A stretch of DNA of 61,974 bases from a bacterium (GTDB taxonomy: Bacteria; Patescibacteriota; Patescibacteriia; SG8-24). The position numbers and the translations under genes are program-made. Position 1 is the first letter of the stretch, and the number at the start of each line of letters is the position of its first letter. Positions 60,290 through 61,974 of the stretch are shown one piece after another. The stretch lies in contig JAHFIW010000004.1 in assembly GCA_023246195.1 (NCBI GenBank), positions 1-61,974 on the forward strand. The letters run 5' to 3'. Below the pieces are notes generated by a model. That model worked only from the letters and a program-made list of their open reading frames with translations, ran no database searches and was not told the origin of the DNA.

Positions 60290-61540
60290 TTACGCCACGA
60301 ACATGGCAATACCCGCAACAGTCATGACCCCCACGATAACCCAACCGAAGAAGTTTGAGAACTTTCCGTTGGTATGCTCGCCCATGATCTTCTTGTTGTT
60401 GGCGATGCGCAGGATCAGAACGAGCAATGGCGGCGCGGCCAGGCCGTTGAAGACGGCCGTGTAGTAGAGCATCTTAAACGGAGGGATGTGCAGGAAATTT
60501 ACGAGCAGCCCCACGAAGGTGGCAACGGTGATGACGCCGTAAAATCCGCGAGCGTCCTTCAGCTTGCGATAGAGCCCGCCCTTCCATCCGGCGGCCTCTG
60601 CCACCGCATACGAGGCGGAACCTGCGAGTATGGGTACGGCCAGCATGCCCGTTCCAAGAATTCCCAAGGTAAAGATGACAAAGGTGAAGTCACCCGCGAA
60701 CGGCCGCAGCGCTTCAGCCGCCTGAGTGGCCGTCTCGATGTTGGCGATGCCGTGAGCGCCTAACGTGGAAGCGGCCGTGATGACGATGAAAAACATCATC
60801 AGGTTCGAAAAAAACATGCCCACGCCCGTATCCAGCCAGACAGCCTTAAGATCCTCCTTGGTCACCGCAGGTCTTCCCTCCCCGATGCCGGTAATCTTGC
60901 GCTTCTCGATTGCCTCCTCGACCTCCTCATCGGCCTGCCAAAAGAACAGGTACGGAGAAATGGTCGTGCCGAGCACCGCGACGATGTTCAATAGGTATTC
61001 CTTCTTGAGCGAAAACGACGGAATGAAAGTCGACACGGCGATAAGCTTCCAGTCCTGCTTGATCATGAGGGCCGTCACCATGTAGGCGAGGAGCGATAGC
61101 GTCAAGTATTTGAGAAAGCGCGCATAATTCGGATATGAGACGAAAATTTCCAGCAACAGGGTGACCACCGTTATGATGAGGAGCCAAAAGGCGAACGGAA
61201 GGCCGAGAATGAGCTGGGCCGCCGAGGCCATCGCCCCCAAGTCCGCTCCGATGTTGATGGTATTGGCGACCAGGAGCAAAAAGACCGCGACGAACAGCAA
61301 CTTGCGGGAATAATGCTTCCGGATGGAACCGGCCAAACCGTCGCCGGTGACGGTCCCGATACGTCCGCACATTTCCTGGACGACAATCATGAACGGCGTC
61401 GAGAAAAGCGCCAACCACAGCTGACCGAAACCGAATTGCGCGCCGGTCTGCGAATAGGTGGCGATGCCTGACGGATCGTCATCGGCAGCACCGGTGATGA
61501 AGCCGGGGCCGATGCGCTTGAGAATGTCTTTGAGTTTCAT
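60290..61540 (-). CDS. mntH: NRAMP-family divalent metal cation transporter
   Basis: GPGFITGAADDDPSGIATYSQTGAQFG (DPGN-region equivalent) and an 11-TM profile. Confidence 0.85.
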   Translation of the reverse strand: MKLKDILKRIGPGFITGAADDDPSGIATYSQTGAQFGFGQLWLALFSTPFMIVVQEMCGRIGTVTGDGLAGSIRKHYSRKLLFVAVFLLLVANTINIGADLGAMASAAQLILGLPFAFWLLIITVVTLLLEIFVSYPNYARFLKYLTLSLLAYMVTALMIKQDWKLIAVSTFIPSFSLKKEYLLNIVAVLGTTISPYLFFWQADEEVEEAIEKRKITGIGEGRPAVTKEDLKAVWLDTGVGMFFSNLMMFFIVITAASTLGAHGIANIETATQAAEALRPFAGDFTFVIFTLGILGTGMLAVPILAGSASYAVAEAAGWKGGLYRKLKDARGFYGVITVATFVGLLVNFLHIPPFKMLYYTAVFNGLAAPPLLVLILRIANNKKIMGEHTNGKFSNFFGWVIVGVMTVAGIAMFVA

Positions 61541-61601
61541 GCGCTTGCGAGTTCACCTGAACGGGATCCCAGAAGGCGTCAGGCAGTTAGAACTAAGATA
61601 A

Positions 61602-61632
61602 CAAAAATCCCCAGCTATTACTAGGGATTTTT
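61602..61632 (-). terminator. intrinsic terminator after the 61657..61971 gene
   Basis: Stem AAAATCCC (61604-61611) / GGGATTTT (61624-61631), then T-rich on the minus strand. Confidence 0.6.
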
Positions 61633-61656
61633 GAGAAGGCCTTTTGCCTGCGGTTA

Positions 61657-61971
61657 TTACTTTGTTGCTGCGGACGGTGCGAGTGCGGGCGTACTGGACG
61701 CATCGGGCGCAGTCGGTGCGACGGGGCTTCCGGTCTGCTGCTGCCAGGCGCCTCCCTGCGGCATCATTCGATATCCAAAGTTCACGCCGTTGCGCCGCAT
61801 CATCCTGCCACCGCCGAAACCGTCGCTAAACTCGCCACGCTGAAAGCCGCGACCGTATTGGACCTTGCCATAATGCGAAGCGCCAAAGCGCGCACCCAGA
61901 CAAAACACCGCCAGCAAAATGACGGCGCCTATCAGCACCTTGATCCAGCGATGGCCGCAAGCCGACCGCAT
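61657..61971 (-). CDS. membrane-anchored Gly-rich low-complexity protein (104 aa)
   Basis: TM (IKVLIGAVILLAVFCLGA), then GRGFQRGEFSDGFGGGRMMRRNG... The anchor and Gly-rich segment resemble the N-terminal parts of 31935..32435 and 36256..36726. ATG at 61971, next to the window edge. Confidence 0.5.
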   Translation of the reverse strand: MRSACGHRWIKVLIGAVILLAVFCLGARFGASHYGKVQYGRGFQRGEFSDGFGGGRMMRRNGVNFGYRMMPQGGAWQQQTGSPVAPTAPDASSTPALAPSAATK

Positions 61972-61974
61972 GTG

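Noticed and set aside
61541-61656. Metal-sensing riboswitch (yybP-ykoY-like) or MntR/Fur box upstream of the Nramp gene
   Set aside because: Only a terminator, a TGTTATCTT -10-like box and a short imperfect palindrome (AGTT-CT-AACT) are visible. I saw no conserved riboswitch core. The evidence is too weak to call.
1-61974. Scan for CRISPR arrays, tRNA/rRNA genes, IS elements, integrases, prophage or plasmid modules
   Set aside because: I noticed no regularly spaced direct repeats, no tRNA-like T-loop or acceptor patterns in intergenic regions, and no transposase, integrase or capsid-like translations. This was a scan by eye only; tRNAscan-SE, Infernal and ISfinder searches would be decisive.

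Overview
GC-rich (about 60% by eye, not computed) bacterial chromosomal window. It is densely coding: about 69 protein genes, roughly three quarters on the minus strand. I recognised no rRNA, tRNA, CRISPR array, transposase, integrase or phage module. All calls rest on motif reading of the supplied translations and my own reading of the DNA; no database was searched.

Gene content, left to right:
- Rrf2-sufB-sufD-sufS Fe-S assembly operon (sufS truncated at the left edge, no sufC).
- A run of tiny membrane or basic proteins.
- A DUF378 membrane protein with a metallothionein-like Cys-rich tail, next to a CopA-type Cu P-type ATPase.
- Cell-envelope genes: CcdA, CapA, SLT transglycosylases, polysaccharide deacetylase, M23 peptidase, PIG-L deacetylase, acyltransferase-3.
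- A sigma-70 factor.
- Divergent aconitase and type-II isocitrate dehydrogenase genes.
- A tandem array of five divergent paralogous lipoproteins.
- DUF45 peptidase, holin-like protein, a Fic-like protein with a degenerate active site, and PepF.
- An ECF sigma / anti-sigma / MacAB-type exporter module flanked by Gly-rich paralogs.
- FAD oxidase, YibE/F protein, BaiN-type flavoprotein.
- A HEAT plus methyltransferase-like fusion.
- A PIF1-like helicase translationally coupled to a CaCA exchanger.
- An orphan Hcp-fold protein that carries a Sec-type signal peptide.
- RecQ, two Zn-ribbon proteins, EngB, a DAC (diadenylate cyclase)-like protein and an Nramp transporter.

Regulatory grammar is readable. 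Extended -10 boxes (TGnTAnnnT) recur, several placed 6-10 nt from the ATG, which implies leaderless mRNAs. GC-hairpin plus T-run terminators are common.

The gene content (CxxC-x17-CxxC protein, Gly-rich membrane-anchored paralogs, large secreted repeat proteins) is reminiscent of CPR/Patescibacteria-like or similar uncultured lineages, but this is a weak inference.

The items most worth following up are the Sec-signal Hcp, the five-member lipoprotein array, the DUF378/metallothionein-like fusion beside copA, the degenerate Fic protein and the variant DAC protein.
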